A stretch of DNA of 64,000 bases from an uncultured Eubacteriales bacterium. Its GTDB lineage: Bacteria > Bacillota > Clostridia > Christensenellales > CAG-138. Position 1 is the first letter of the stretch; the number at the start of each line of letters is the position of its first letter. The notes beneath the pieces were generated by a model. That model did not search any database, was not told the origin of the DNA, and saw nothing but the letters and a program-made list of their open reading frames with translations. Of the stretch, positions 35,434 through 43,474 are shown in pieces. Position numbers and translations under genes: made by a program. Where the stretch lies: the NCBI GenBank assembly GCA_900319345.1, contig ONNZ01000011.1, positions 6,411-70,410 on the forward strand, read 5' to 3'.

Positions 35434-38400
35434 TCAACCCACTTGCAGCTCGAACCCGTACCCCTCCCCCAGGGAGGCTTTGGCCTGGGCCATGTTGGGA
35501 GACATCCGGACCTTCCGCAGGTTTTCCAGATTCAGCAGGCAGCTCACGTCGGTCAGCTGCGGGTTCCAGGAGATCTGCACCTCCTCCAGCTCCGGATGGG
35601 CCTCCACGAAGGCTTTGAACTGTTCGTTGGTGAAGCCGCAGTCGTCGGCGTTGAGCCGCTTCACGGGCTTTCCCGCCAGATGATCCAGCCACAGCTTGGC
35701 GGGCACGTTGTGGAGCTCCAGCTGGGAGAAGCCGGGGATGCCCTCCAGGAAGGCGTAGGCGTCCTGGGGCAGGCTGTCGCTGTTCATCACGTTCAGGGCA
35801 AGCGACACGCCCGGCTCCCGGTCCTGGGTCATGGCATAGGTGAAGTCCACCTGACCCAGGGGCGAGAAGTCCCGGATGTTGGTCCCCGCCACCCGTACCT
35901 GGCGCAGGTGCTTGAGCCCCTCAATGCCCTCGAGAGAGGTGATCTTCGTGTTGCACACCTCCAGCATCTCCAGGTCGTAGAGGTTCTGCACCCCCTGGAG
36001 GGAGGCCACGGGGCAGCGCTCGAAGTTGATCTCCTTGAGCCCCTGGAGGGTGAAGGCGGCGGAAACGTCCGTCAGGTTCGGGCTGAACATCACCCTGAGC
36101 CGCTGCAGGTTCTCGAGAGCCTGGACGCCTTCGAGGCTGGTTAACGGCTGCCACCACAGGTTCAGATCCTCCAAGCCCGTCAGCACGCTGAGCTTGGAGA
36201 GGTCCGTGATCCGGGTCCCGGGCTTGTCGATCTTCTTCTGCTCGCCCGTGGCCCGATCCTCGACGAAGGCGGGCACGTTCTGCTGCCCCCAATCGGACCA
36301 GAAGTTCGTGGTATCGTCGTTCACCAGCTCATCGCCGATGATGGTGAGCCGCTTCACATGCTTCAACAGGGAGGGGGGCAGGGTCTCCAGCTCATCGAGG
36401 CTCAGCAGCTGTACCTGCATGTCGCTGGGGTCCCAGCCGCCGTCGGGATAGACGATCTCGTACTTCTTGAACCGCTTGTCCTCCACCAGCCCCTTGGCCT
36501 GCTCGCCCACCTGGGGCGGCACCTCCAGCTTGTTTCCATGGAGCCGGAACAGGGGGGCGAGGCTGGCGATCTGAGGCAGGTCCTCCAGACGGAAGCTGTA
36601 GCTTCGATCATCGCTGATCCCGTCAAGACAGCTTAGATCAGGCAGCACGTCCTCCGACAGCTTTTCCAATGTCAGCTCCTGGAAGGCAACGGCGCTGAAA
36701 TCGGGCAGCGTCAGCACCCGTTCGATCTCGAGCCGGTGGAAGGTCTTTCCTTCGATCCCCGACCAGTCCGAGAGACGGGGGCAGTTTTCCACGGTCAGGA
36801 TGCTGTCCGCCTTGCCGAAGCCGGTCAAATTTTCGATGCCGGCGAAGGAGGTGAAGTAGGGGCAGTCCTGGATCCAGAGCTTCGTACTGAAGTTCATCTC
36901 CCGGATGCCGGTGAGATCCCGGTTGAGGCAGTCGCACAGGTCCAGCTCCCCGGTCACGTTGGGCAGGGTGGAGAGGTCCACCAGACCCCCGTTGTAGATC
37001 ATCAGCTGGCGGATGGTTTTTCCCTCCAGATAGGGTGCCACCGCAGCGTAGTTGCCGCAGGTGTTCGCATGCACGTAGTTGAAGGTGTCGATGGCGTCGA
37101 TGCCCGAATAATCGCAGGGACCGGCGATGCAGAACTCCAGGACCACGTTCTTTTTGATCCGCAGCTCCTTCAAAAAGTCCAGACTGCCGATGTGGTTCGC
37201 CCCGAACAGAGCGATGCTTTGGAGCCGGGGGAGCCGGCCCAGCACGCTCACGTCCGTCAGGTACTCCAAGGGACCGTTTCCGGAGAGACGGAACTCGACG
37301 AGGCTGCTGCAGCCTTCCAATGGGGAGATGTCCCTGAGCAGAGGGGCGTCGTTGATGTTGACGATCTTCAGGTACCGATGATCCTCCAGTCCCTCCAGGG
37401 TCCTTAGCCCTTCCAGATCGTCGATCCGCAGCTCCTCCAGCAGGGGCGCCCCTTCGAGGCCAGTGAGGGTGCGCAGAGAATCCGTCCAACGCAGCTCCAG
37501 CTTCTTAAGCTTACCGGCGTTGGCGAGGCAGCTTAGATCGGTGAGCTGAGGGTAGCCGTCGACGAGCAGCTCCTGCAGGTTGGGACACTGGAGCAGGAAG
37601 GAGAAGTCCACCCCTTCCACACCAAAGCCGGACCCCAGGCCAAAACTGACCAGCTTGGGCGGATGGAAAGAGGAAAGGTCCACCCGGGGGGAGCCCACCA
37701 GGTCCAGATGGGCGGAGCGCAGATTCTGGCAATCCGTAAGGGGCGAGAAATCGCTGACGCCCGCGCCGTGATATTCGATGTTCTGGATGGTGCTTCCCCG
37801 GAGCCCTTCCAGATCGGAAAGGTCGCTGTAGCCCACCATCACGTCCCGCAGGTCCGTAAGCCCCGAAAGGTCCGGCAAAGTGGCGGTCACGTTGTACAGG
37901 GAGAGGAACCGCAAATTGGGCAGCAGAGCCAGCCAGCTGAGGTCGTCCAGCGTCACGTGGGGATACTCGTGACCGTCCTCCTTGCTGTAGAAGTGGACGC
38001 CGTCATCCATCCAGCCGCCGTAGGCAAAGTCCTCGTCGCGGCGCGGGTTCACGTACTTGCCCTTGGTGTTCTTCTCGTCAAAGGTATAGAAGTGGAACTC
38101 GTCGCCCATGAACACCACCTCGGCCACCTGCTCGAGATCCACATCGATGCCGTCCACCCGGGGCGGCTCCGTAGGGGCCGGCGTGGCCGTGGCGGGGACC
38201 TCCGTGGCGGGCGGCGTCGGCGGGGGCGGGGTCTGCCGCTGCCGGAACAGGAGGATGGCGCCTACGGCCAGGAACGCCGCCGACCCGATCAAGGTCAGGA
38301 TCAGGGGCAGGAGGCTCTTTTTATCGCCCTTGACCGCCTTGGCCACAAGGTCGCTGAGCTCCTCTGCGCTGTACTTGCGGCCGTCCAGGGTGTGGCGGGC

Positions 38401-38667
38401 CATGAGGGCGTTCTGCAGCTCCTCCGGGGGCGTGGACCCGTCCAGGTTCACCGGGATCACCAGTTCCCGGCCCGCGTTCAGCCGGAAGAAATCGTCCACG
38501 GCGGGGCTGTCCAACCCCAGGTTTTCCGACAGGAACAACACCAGGGCGTCCTTCTTGCCGGGCTTCGCGCTCCGCACCGTGACGCCCCTTTGCCCCAGGG
38601 CATCCAGGATGGGCTTCACCCGGCTCTCGTCCGCGGGGGCGTACAGGGGATAGATGGCTCGCTTCAT
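35434..38667 (-). CDS. TIR-like domain / single TM / extracellular leucine-rich-repeat protein (1,077 aa), paralog of 31619..35404
   Basis: Based on ORF 35434..38682. The start MKRAIYPLYAPADESRVKPILDAL follows AAAGGAAAG. The first ~100 aa are largely identical to the downstream paralog. The TM helix is LLPLILTLIGSAAFLAVGAILLF. The LRR ectodomain is divergent. Confidence 0.65.
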   Translation of the reverse strand: MKRAIYPLYAPADESRVKPILDALGQRGVTVRSAKPGKKDALVLFLSENLGLDSPAVDDFFRLNAGRELVIPVNLDGSTPPEELQNALMARHTLDGRKYSAEELSDLVAKAVKGDKKSLLPLILTLIGSAAFLAVGAILLFRQRQTPPPPTPPATEVPATATPAPTEPPRVDGIDVDLEQVAEVVFMGDEFHFYTFDEKNTKGKYVNPRRDEDFAYGGWMDDGVHFYSKEDGHEYPHVTLDDLSWLALLPNLRFLSLYNVTATLPDLSGLTDLRDVMVGYSDLSDLEGLRGSTIQNIEYHGAGVSDFSPLTDCQNLRSAHLDLVGSPRVDLSSFHPPKLVSFGLGSGFGVEGVDFSFLLQCPNLQELLVDGYPQLTDLSCLANAGKLKKLELRWTDSLRTLTGLEGAPLLEELRIDDLEGLRTLEGLEDHRYLKIVNINDAPLLRDISPLEGCSSLVEFRLSGNGPLEYLTDVSVLGRLPRLQSIALFGANHIGSLDFLKELRIKKNVVLEFCIAGPCDYSGIDAIDTFNYVHANTCGNYAAVAPYLEGKTIRQLMIYNGGLVDLSTLPNVTGELDLCDCLNRDLTGIREMNFSTKLWIQDCPYFTSFAGIENLTGFGKADSILTVENCPRLSDWSGIEGKTFHRLEIERVLTLPDFSAVAFQELTLEKLSEDVLPDLSCLDGISDDRSYSFRLEDLPQIASLAPLFRLHGNKLEVPPQVGEQAKGLVEDKRFKKYEIVYPDGGWDPSDMQVQLLSLDELETLPPSLLKHVKRLTIIGDELVNDDTTNFWSDWGQQNVPAFVEDRATGEQKKIDKPGTRITDLSKLSVLTGLEDLNLWWQPLTSLEGVQALENLQRLRVMFSPNLTDVSAAFTLQGLKEINFERCPVASLQGVQNLYDLEMLEVCNTKITSLEGIEGLKHLRQVRVAGTNIRDFSPLGQVDFTYAMTQDREPGVSLALNVMNSDSLPQDAYAFLEGIPGFSQLELHNVPAKLWLDHLAGKPVKRLNADDCGFTNEQFKAFVEAHPELEEVQISWNPQLTDVSCLLNLENLRKVRMSPNMAQAKASLGEGYGFELQVG

Positions 38668-38700
38668 AGTCTTTCCTTTCAAATACTGTATGGATGATGC

Positions 38701-39915
38701 TTACGGCACCAGCACCACGGTGAAATCACAGGTCTCCGGCCAAACGAGGGGCAGCATGTCCGCGCTGACGGTGACGGTCTTCAGCGACGGCAGATCCGCC
38801 AGGGGACTTAGGTCCTTCACGCCGCTGTGTTCAAGATGCAGCGTCTCCAGCCGGGGCAGGTCCGTGAGCCCCGTCAGGGTTTCCAACGACCTGTCACCGG
38901 ACAGGTACAGCTCCTTCAGCATCACGAGGCCGCTGAGGGCCCGGGCGCTGGACAGGGGCTGATACACCAGGGCCAGCTTCTCGAGATAGGCCATCTTCCC
39001 GATGATGGACAGATCCCGCACCTTGCCCTCCTGGGGCTTGCTGCCGTTCACCAGGCATTCCCCCTGGTGGGTGAAGGCCGTGTGTTCCAGATCCGGCGCG
39101 TACATGTTGCCCACGATGGCCAGTTCCGTCACCGCCGCCAGCTCGTTCAGCTTGATCTTCTCCGTGGCCCCGACGGTCCCCAGGATCACCCGGACGGCCT
39201 TCTCCTGATCCGTGTCGGGGAAGTCCACCTCGTCCATGCCCGGGGGGAAGGAGGGCGTGGGGGGCGGGGTGCTCGTGGCGTCAGGGGTGGCTGTAGGCGT
39301 GGGCGCGGGGGTGGCCGTGGCCGTGGCGGTGGGGGAGGGGGTCGGCGTCGAGCCCCCATAAATCAGCTGGTCCCACCAGCCGGCGTAGACCCCGTAGGCC
39401 CCCGCCAGGGCTGCCCCGAACAGGATCGCGGACAGCAGGAACCCGAACAGGCCCCGGGGAAGCTTCTCCCACCACTTGCGGTAGAAGGCCCCCTTGAGTT
39501 TCTTGTGCCGGGTGACCTGGTCCGCCCGGGCCTTGGCGTCCCCGGGGGTGGGGAGGGGAAGGCAGCTTTTTAATAAGGTCTCCCACTCGCTGCCGGGCTC
39601 AGGCCGACTGTCGTCCAGGGCGAAGTACAGCACGGGCTTTTTCAGGGCTACGGCGGTCTCGATCTCCGAACGGCAGTTGCTGGAGGCGAGGGCCGTCCTG
39701 GACAGGAAGAACAGGACCATGGCCGAGCAGCGCATGTGGGTCTCGATGTTCTTGGGCCAGTCGTTGCCCGCCGGGATGCCCTCGTCGTACCAGAGCCGGA
39801 CCTTTCGCTGGTGGAGCAGGGTGATGGTCTCCAGGACCTCCGGGGAATCCCGGTGAGAATAGCTGATGAACAGATAGGGTCGCTTGCCCTCGTAGGGGGT
39901 GAAGAAGGCGCTCAT
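38701..39915 (-). CDS. canonical TIR domain / single TM / Pro-Thr linker / short LRR ectodomain protein (404 aa)
   Basis: The N-terminus follows the TIR_2-type pattern, including the W/N..xE glutamate position. It reads RPYLFISYSHRDSPEVLETITLLHQRKVRLWYDEGIPAGNDWPKNIETHMRCSAMVLFFLSRTALASSNCRSEIETAVALKKPVLYFALDD. The TM helix is GLFGFLLSAILFGAALAGAYGVY. A (TPxP)n linker follows, then LRRs (LKELYLSGDRSLETLTGLTDLPRLETLHLEHSGVKDLSPLADLPSLKTV). Confidence 0.75.
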   Translation of the reverse strand: MSAFFTPYEGKRPYLFISYSHRDSPEVLETITLLHQRKVRLWYDEGIPAGNDWPKNIETHMRCSAMVLFFLSRTALASSNCRSEIETAVALKKPVLYFALDDSRPEPGSEWETLLKSCLPLPTPGDAKARADQVTRHKKLKGAFYRKWWEKLPRGLFGFLLSAILFGAALAGAYGVYAGWWDQLIYGGSTPTPSPTATATATPAPTPTATPDATSTPPPTPSFPPGMDEVDFPDTDQEKAVRVILGTVGATEKIKLNELAAVTELAIVGNMYAPDLEHTAFTHQGECLVNGSKPQEGKVRDLSIIGKMAYLEKLALVYQPLSSARALSGLVMLKELYLSGDRSLETLTGLTDLPRLETLHLEHSGVKDLSPLADLPSLKTVTVSADMLPLVWPETCDFTVVLVP

Positions 39916-40760
39916 GGCTGGTCACCTCCCGCCACGATCAGGGTGTAGCTGTCGTAGAGCTCCGGCTGCTCCGGGGCCCCCTGGGCCGCCGCCTCCGACA
40001 GGATCAGGGTGGTGAGGCGGGGGAGAAGGGCAAGCTCCTTTGGGTTTTCGGGCAGTTGGGACAGATACAGGCTCTCCAGCTCGGCCACCGCTTCCTCCGT
40101 GATGGGGCCGCCGCCGATGGCGAAGCGGACCGCCTCCCGCAAGGCTTCGTCCTGGAAGAGGACCGCGTCCTCCGGCGGGGCGACCTCCTCCTGGGGCGGC
40201 GGCGCGGGGGGATTCAGATACCGATACGCCCCGGCGCCTCCGGCCAGCAGCAGGGCCAGCACGATCAGCAGGACGCTGATCCGCCGGAGCCACAGCCGGT
40301 CGTAGACGGGCAGCGGGTCCCCCCGATAGAGTTGAGAGAAGTAGGGGCTGTGGAAGATGGCGCCCACCAGCTCCGAGGCGTTGGTCCCCGGGGTGACGGA
40401 GGAGAACTGGCCCGTGAGTCCCAGGGAAAGGCCCCCGTCCCCGCCGTCCGTGTTCAGCACCAGGATGGGCTGCCGGGCCTTCTGGCAGACCAGCAGCTGG
40501 TTCTTCAGCTCCATGTCCCGCCGGGCGCTGTCCGTGAGGAACAGCACCGTGAGCCCGGCCCCCAGCATGCGCTGGCTTCGAGCGTTCCCGCTGGTCCTGT
40601 CCCGGGAGTAGCCCACGCAGTACCACACCCGGCAGCCCCGGAGCAGCAGCTGCCGCAGCAGGGGCCGGACCTTGCGCTCGTCCCGGTCGGAGAAGCACAG
40701 GTGGATGTAGGGCTCCGCGCCCATATAGGGGGGATAGTAGGTTTCGGTTTTGCTGGCCAT
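39912..40760 (-). CDS. divergent TIR-like domain / single TM / short ectodomain protein (282 aa)
   Basis: The TIR-like part reads EPYIHLCFSDRDERKVRPLLRQLLLRGCRVWY...LTVLFLTDSARRDMELKNQLLVCQKARQPILVLNTD. The TM helix is RRISVLLIVLALLLAGGAGAY. An ~100-aa C-terminal segment has one or two LRR-like units. An ATGA overlap joins it to the next gene. Confidence 0.55.
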   Translation of the reverse strand: MASKTETYYPPYMGAEPYIHLCFSDRDERKVRPLLRQLLLRGCRVWYCVGYSRDRTSGNARSQRMLGAGLTVLFLTDSARRDMELKNQLLVCQKARQPILVLNTDGGDGGLSLGLTGQFSSVTPGTNASELVGAIFHSPYFSQLYRGDPLPVYDRLWLRRISVLLIVLALLLAGGAGAYRYLNPPAPPPQEEVAPPEDAVLFQDEALREAVRFAIGGGPITEEAVAELESLYLSQLPENPKELALLPRLTTLILSEAAAQGAPEQPELYDSYTLIVAGGDQP

Positions 40761-40813
40761 GGCCTGCCCCTTCCTTGAGGCATATTCCCCTCAAGATATA
40801 CTTCAACATATAC

Positions 40814-40842
40814 AGTATATCTTTTTTTCTCCCCCGTGGCAA
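40814..40842 (-). promoter_or_regulatory. sigma-70-like promoter of the TIR-LRR cluster
   Basis: On the minus strand the layout is TTGCCA, a 17-nt spacer, then TATACT. Downstream are a 7-bp hairpin (cttgagg...cctcaag) and the RBS AAGGAAGGGG before the ATG at 40760. Confidence 0.5.
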
Positions 40843-40934
40843 GCAAAAAACGACGTCCTTCACCGCCCTCGGGGCCCTTCCCGGGGCCCCGCTTCCCCCC
40901 TCCGAAAATAATCTCACTTTTTTTGAAAAACCTC

Positions 40935-40963
40935 TTGCAATTTCATCCGGACTTGGCTATAAT
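40935..40963 (+). promoter_or_regulatory. sigma-70-like promoter of tRNA-Asn
   Basis: The layout is TTGCAA, a 17-nt spacer, then TATAAT. It ends 13 nt before the tRNA 5' end. Confidence 0.6.
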
Positions 40964-40976
40964 ACCTCTCGAACGT

Positions 40977-41048
<72 letters not shown>

Positions 41049-41176
41049 TAACAGCCGACGGCTGTTATCTGGTGCGGAGCCGAGCGCTGCCTGTGGCAGG
41101 AGCAGCGAGGCGAAGCACGGGCAAAACAAGGAGAAAACGTGCACGGTGCGCACGTTTCGATTATGTTTTGCCCCCG

Positions 41177-41575
41177 TCAGGGTTGTAGGTTCGAGCCCCT
41201 GTCCGCGGCTCTGTCTTTTTCAAGAAACAGCTTCATCCTCTCCAGGGCCTCCGGGCTGACGGTGTGCTCCATTTCGCGAGCGTCCCGTTCGGCGGCGGCA
41301 GGGTCCACGCCCATGGCGATCAGACAGGCTTTCAGGACGTGGTGTCGGTCCAGGGCCTGCAGGGCCGCTTCCCGCCCGGCGGTCGTCAGGCGGATCCGCT
41401 TGTCCCCGTCCATGGTCAGACACCCGCCCTCCCGCAGGCGCTTCATGGCCTTGCTTACGCTGGGCTTGGTCACATGGAGGGCTTTGGCTACGTCCAGGGA
41501 GCGCACGACGCCGTTCTGCTGCTCTATAACCAGGATCGTTTTCAAATACTCCTTGCCGCCTTTGTGCAGTTCCAT
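41177..41575 (-). CDS. DtxR/MntR-family metal-dependent transcriptional repressor (no SH3-like domain)
   Basis: The 132-aa ORF reads EYLKTILVIEQQNGVVRSLDVAKALHVTKPSVSKAMKRLREGG...RHHVLKACL...DAREMEHTVSPE. Confidence 0.85.
   Translation of the reverse strand: MELHKGGKEYLKTILVIEQQNGVVRSLDVAKALHVTKPSVSKAMKRLREGGCLTMDGDKRIRLTTAGREAALQALDRHHVLKACLIAMGVDPAAAERDAREMEHTVSPEALERMKLFLEKDRAADRGSNLQP
41179..41198 (+). repeat. 20-nt direct repeat of the tRNA-Asn variable/T-arm segment (AGGGTTGTAGGTTCGAGCCC)
   Basis: It is identical to 41018-41037 inside the tRNA. The copy does not fold into a T-arm. It lies 130 nt downstream of the tRNA 3' end and supplies the last 6 codons and part of the stop codon of the DtxR-family gene on the opposite strand. 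Confidence 0.85.
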
Positions 41576-41622
41576 AGGGGCCTCCTTCGCGCTCGTTCGC
41601 CGGCGAGCTGTATGTGCGCTGT

Positions 41623-41640
41623 GGTTAGATATAACTAACT
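41623..41640. promoter_or_regulatory. candidate DtxR-family operator GGTTAGATATAACTAACT
   Basis: An inverted repeat GGTTAG-N6-CTAAC(T) in the divergent intergenic region. Confidence 0.45.
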
Positions 41641-41741
41641 ATGATTATACACATTTTCCGCAGGCTGTCAACGGCATCCTGTGCCCCGGGCTTCGAGAAA
41701 AAAACACCAGAAAGGGTATTTTCAAAACCGGATCGGTGTGG

Positions 41742-41769
41742 TATACTCTGTAGTTAGAGTAAACTAACC
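41742..41769 (+). promoter_or_regulatory. -10 element TATACT plus candidate operator AGTTAGAGTAAACTAACC
   Basis: The operator (41752-41769) lies 4 nt downstream of TATACT (41742-47). This is 28 nt upstream of the ATG at 41797, a classic repressor position. Confidence 0.5.
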
Positions 41770-41796
41770 AAATCTTCAGGCAGAGAGGATCCGACT

Positions 41797-42438
41797 ATGA
41801 GGTATCTGGGGATGCCCGCGGGGATGTGGGCCCTGTTCGCCGGGAGCTTCCGGCGGCAGCTGACGGAGGCCCTGGGCTATGATCGCGCCGCGGCGGCCGA
41901 GATCACGCGAAAGGCCCACCGGGAGTACCGGGCGCTGATCCGCCGGCTGCCCGCCTTCGAGAAGGGGGACCGGTTTGAGATGAACATCGTGAGCTGCGCC
42001 ATGCTGAGCGCCTTCGTGCTGAGCATGCCGAAGCGCCCCACCGTGGACGAGCTGACGGCCTATTACGCCGGGGCCATGATGATCGGGCCCATGCGCTGGT
42101 TCTGCCGCCTAAGCGGTAAGCGGAAGTTCAGCCCGAAGGACGTGGCGGGCATGGAGGCCACCGCCGCTCGGAACGCCGCGGACCGGAACCCCTATTCCTG
42201 GAACATGGCGTTCCTGCCCTACCCGGACGGCAGCGGCTACGAGGCCCGGTTTAGCCGCTGCGGCATCTGTACCTTGATGAACGAGCTGGGGCTCTTCGAC
42301 CTGGTCCCCGCCATGTGCCGATTGGACTACGCCATGAGCGAAGCCGGCGGCCACGATTTCGTGCGGTTGTACACCTTGGCCTCCGGCGGACCCTACTGCG
42401 ACTGCGGCTACAAGAGGAAAGAGAGGAACGAAAGATGA
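41797..42438 (+). CDS. L-2-amino-thiazoline-4-carboxylic acid hydrolase-like protein
   Basis: The 213-aa ORF has a C-terminal Cys pattern (FSRCGICTLMNELGLFDLVPAMCRLDYAM...GGPYCDCGY) typical of that family, as I recall it. Confidence 0.55.
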   Translation: MRYLGMPAGMWALFAGSFRRQLTEALGYDRAAAAEITRKAHREYRALIRRLPAFEKGDRFEMNIVSCAMLSAFVLSMPKRPTVDELTAYYAGAMMIGPMRWFCRLSGKRKFSPKDVAGMEATAARNAADRNPYSWNMAFLPYPDGSGYEARFSRCGICTLMNELGLFDLVPAMCRLDYAMSEAGGHDFVRLYTLASGGPYCDCGYKRKERNER

Positions 42439-42689
42439 TCAAAACGACCTTGAAGATCGACGGCATGATGTGCGGCATGTGCGAGGCCCACGTAGCGGAG
42501 GCCATCCGCCGGGCGGTCCCCGCTGCCAAGAAGGTCTCCGCCTCCCGGAGCAAGGGGGAGGCCACCTTCCTGACGGAGGACGCCGTGGACGAAGGGGCCT
42601 TGAAGGCGGCCATCGACGCCACGGGCTACACCTGCCTGGGGATTTCCTCCGCACCCTGTGAAAAGAAGGGCTGGTTCGGGTGGAGATAA
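42435..42689 (+). CDS. heavy-metal-associated (HMA) domain protein, CopZ-like
   Basis: An ATGA overlap joins it to the previous gene. MIKTTLKIDGMMCGMCEAHVAEAIR carries the GMxCxxC motif. Confidence 0.8.
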   Translation: MIKTTLKIDGMMCGMCEAHVAEAIRRAVPAAKKVSASRSKGEATFLTEDAVDEGALKAAIDATGYTCLGISSAPCEKKGWFGWR

Positions 42690-43465
42690 GGACGGTCCTG
42701 TGGGGGCTGCTGATCCCCTTCCTGGGCACGGCGGCGGGCGCCGGGTGCGTGTTCTTCCTGCAGAAGGACCTGAAGGTCAGCGTCCAGCGGGCCCTCACCG
42801 GCTTTGCGGCGGGGGTCATGGTGGCGGCGTCCATCTGGAGCCTCATCGTCCCGGCTATGGAGCAGAGCGCCCCTCTGGGCCGCTGGGCCTTCCTGCCGGC
42901 CTTCGTGGGCTTCTGGCTGGGCATCGGGTTCTTGCTGCTCCTCGATCATGTGATCCCCCACCTCCATCGGCGGATCGATCAGGCGGAGGGCCCCAAGAGC
43001 CATCTGTCCAGGACCATCATGATGATCCTGGCCGTGACCCTCCACAACATCCCCGAGGGCATGGCGGTGGGCGTGGTCTACGCGGGGCTTTGCACGGGGT
43101 CCGCCAACATCACGGCGGGGGGAGCCCTGGCCCTGGCGTTGGGCATCGCCATCCAGAACTTCCCGGAGGGGGCCATCATCTCCATGCCCCTCTACGCCGA
43201 GGGCAAGAGCAAGCCCAAGGCCTTCTGGCTGGGCGTCCTCTCCGGGGCGGTGGAGCCCCTCTTCGGCGGGCTCACCGTCATCGTGGCGGGGCTGGTGGTG
43301 CCGGCCATGCCCTATCTGCTGTCCTTCGCCGCGGGGGCCATGCTCTACGTGGTGGTGGAGGAGCTGATCCCCGAGATGTCGGCGGGGGAACATTCCAACA
43401 TCGGCGTCCTGTTTTTCGCCGTGGGCTTCAGCCTCATGATGGCCCTGGACGTGGCGCTGGGATAA
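42680..43465 (+). CDS. ZIP-family (ZupT-like) divalent metal transporter
   Basis: The 261-aa polytopic ORF has LAVTLHNIPEGMAVG and LGIAIQNFPEGAIIS, the paired HNxPEG/QNxPEG motifs. Confidence 0.85.
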   Translation: MEIRTVLWGLLIPFLGTAAGAGCVFFLQKDLKVSVQRALTGFAAGVMVAASIWSLIVPAMEQSAPLGRWAFLPAFVGFWLGIGFLLLLDHVIPHLHRRIDQAEGPKSHLSRTIMMILAVTLHNIPEGMAVGVVYAGLCTGSANITAGGALALALGIAIQNFPEGAIISMPLYAEGKSKPKAFWLGVLSGAVEPLFGGLTVIVAGLVVPAMPYLLSFAAGAMLYVVVEELIPEMSAGEHSNIGVLFFAVGFSLMMALDVALG

Positions 43466-43474
43466 GGAGGCGAC

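Noticed and set aside
35443-38697. Several plus-strand ORFs (233-344 aa)
   Set aside because: They are antisense shadows of the second TIR-TM-LRR gene, with the same compositional artefact.
41049-41215. Possible second tRNA, tRNA-Sec or tmRNA, suggested by the repeated GGTTCGAGCCC T-loop sequence
   Set aside because: The second copy cannot form a T-stem (GTAGG versus CCCTG). No acceptor, D-arm or anticodon arm could be built, and no tmRNA tag ORF or pseudoknot pattern is seen. It is treated as a tRNA-fragment repeat, although an unrelated structured RNA in 41100-41176 cannot be excluded.
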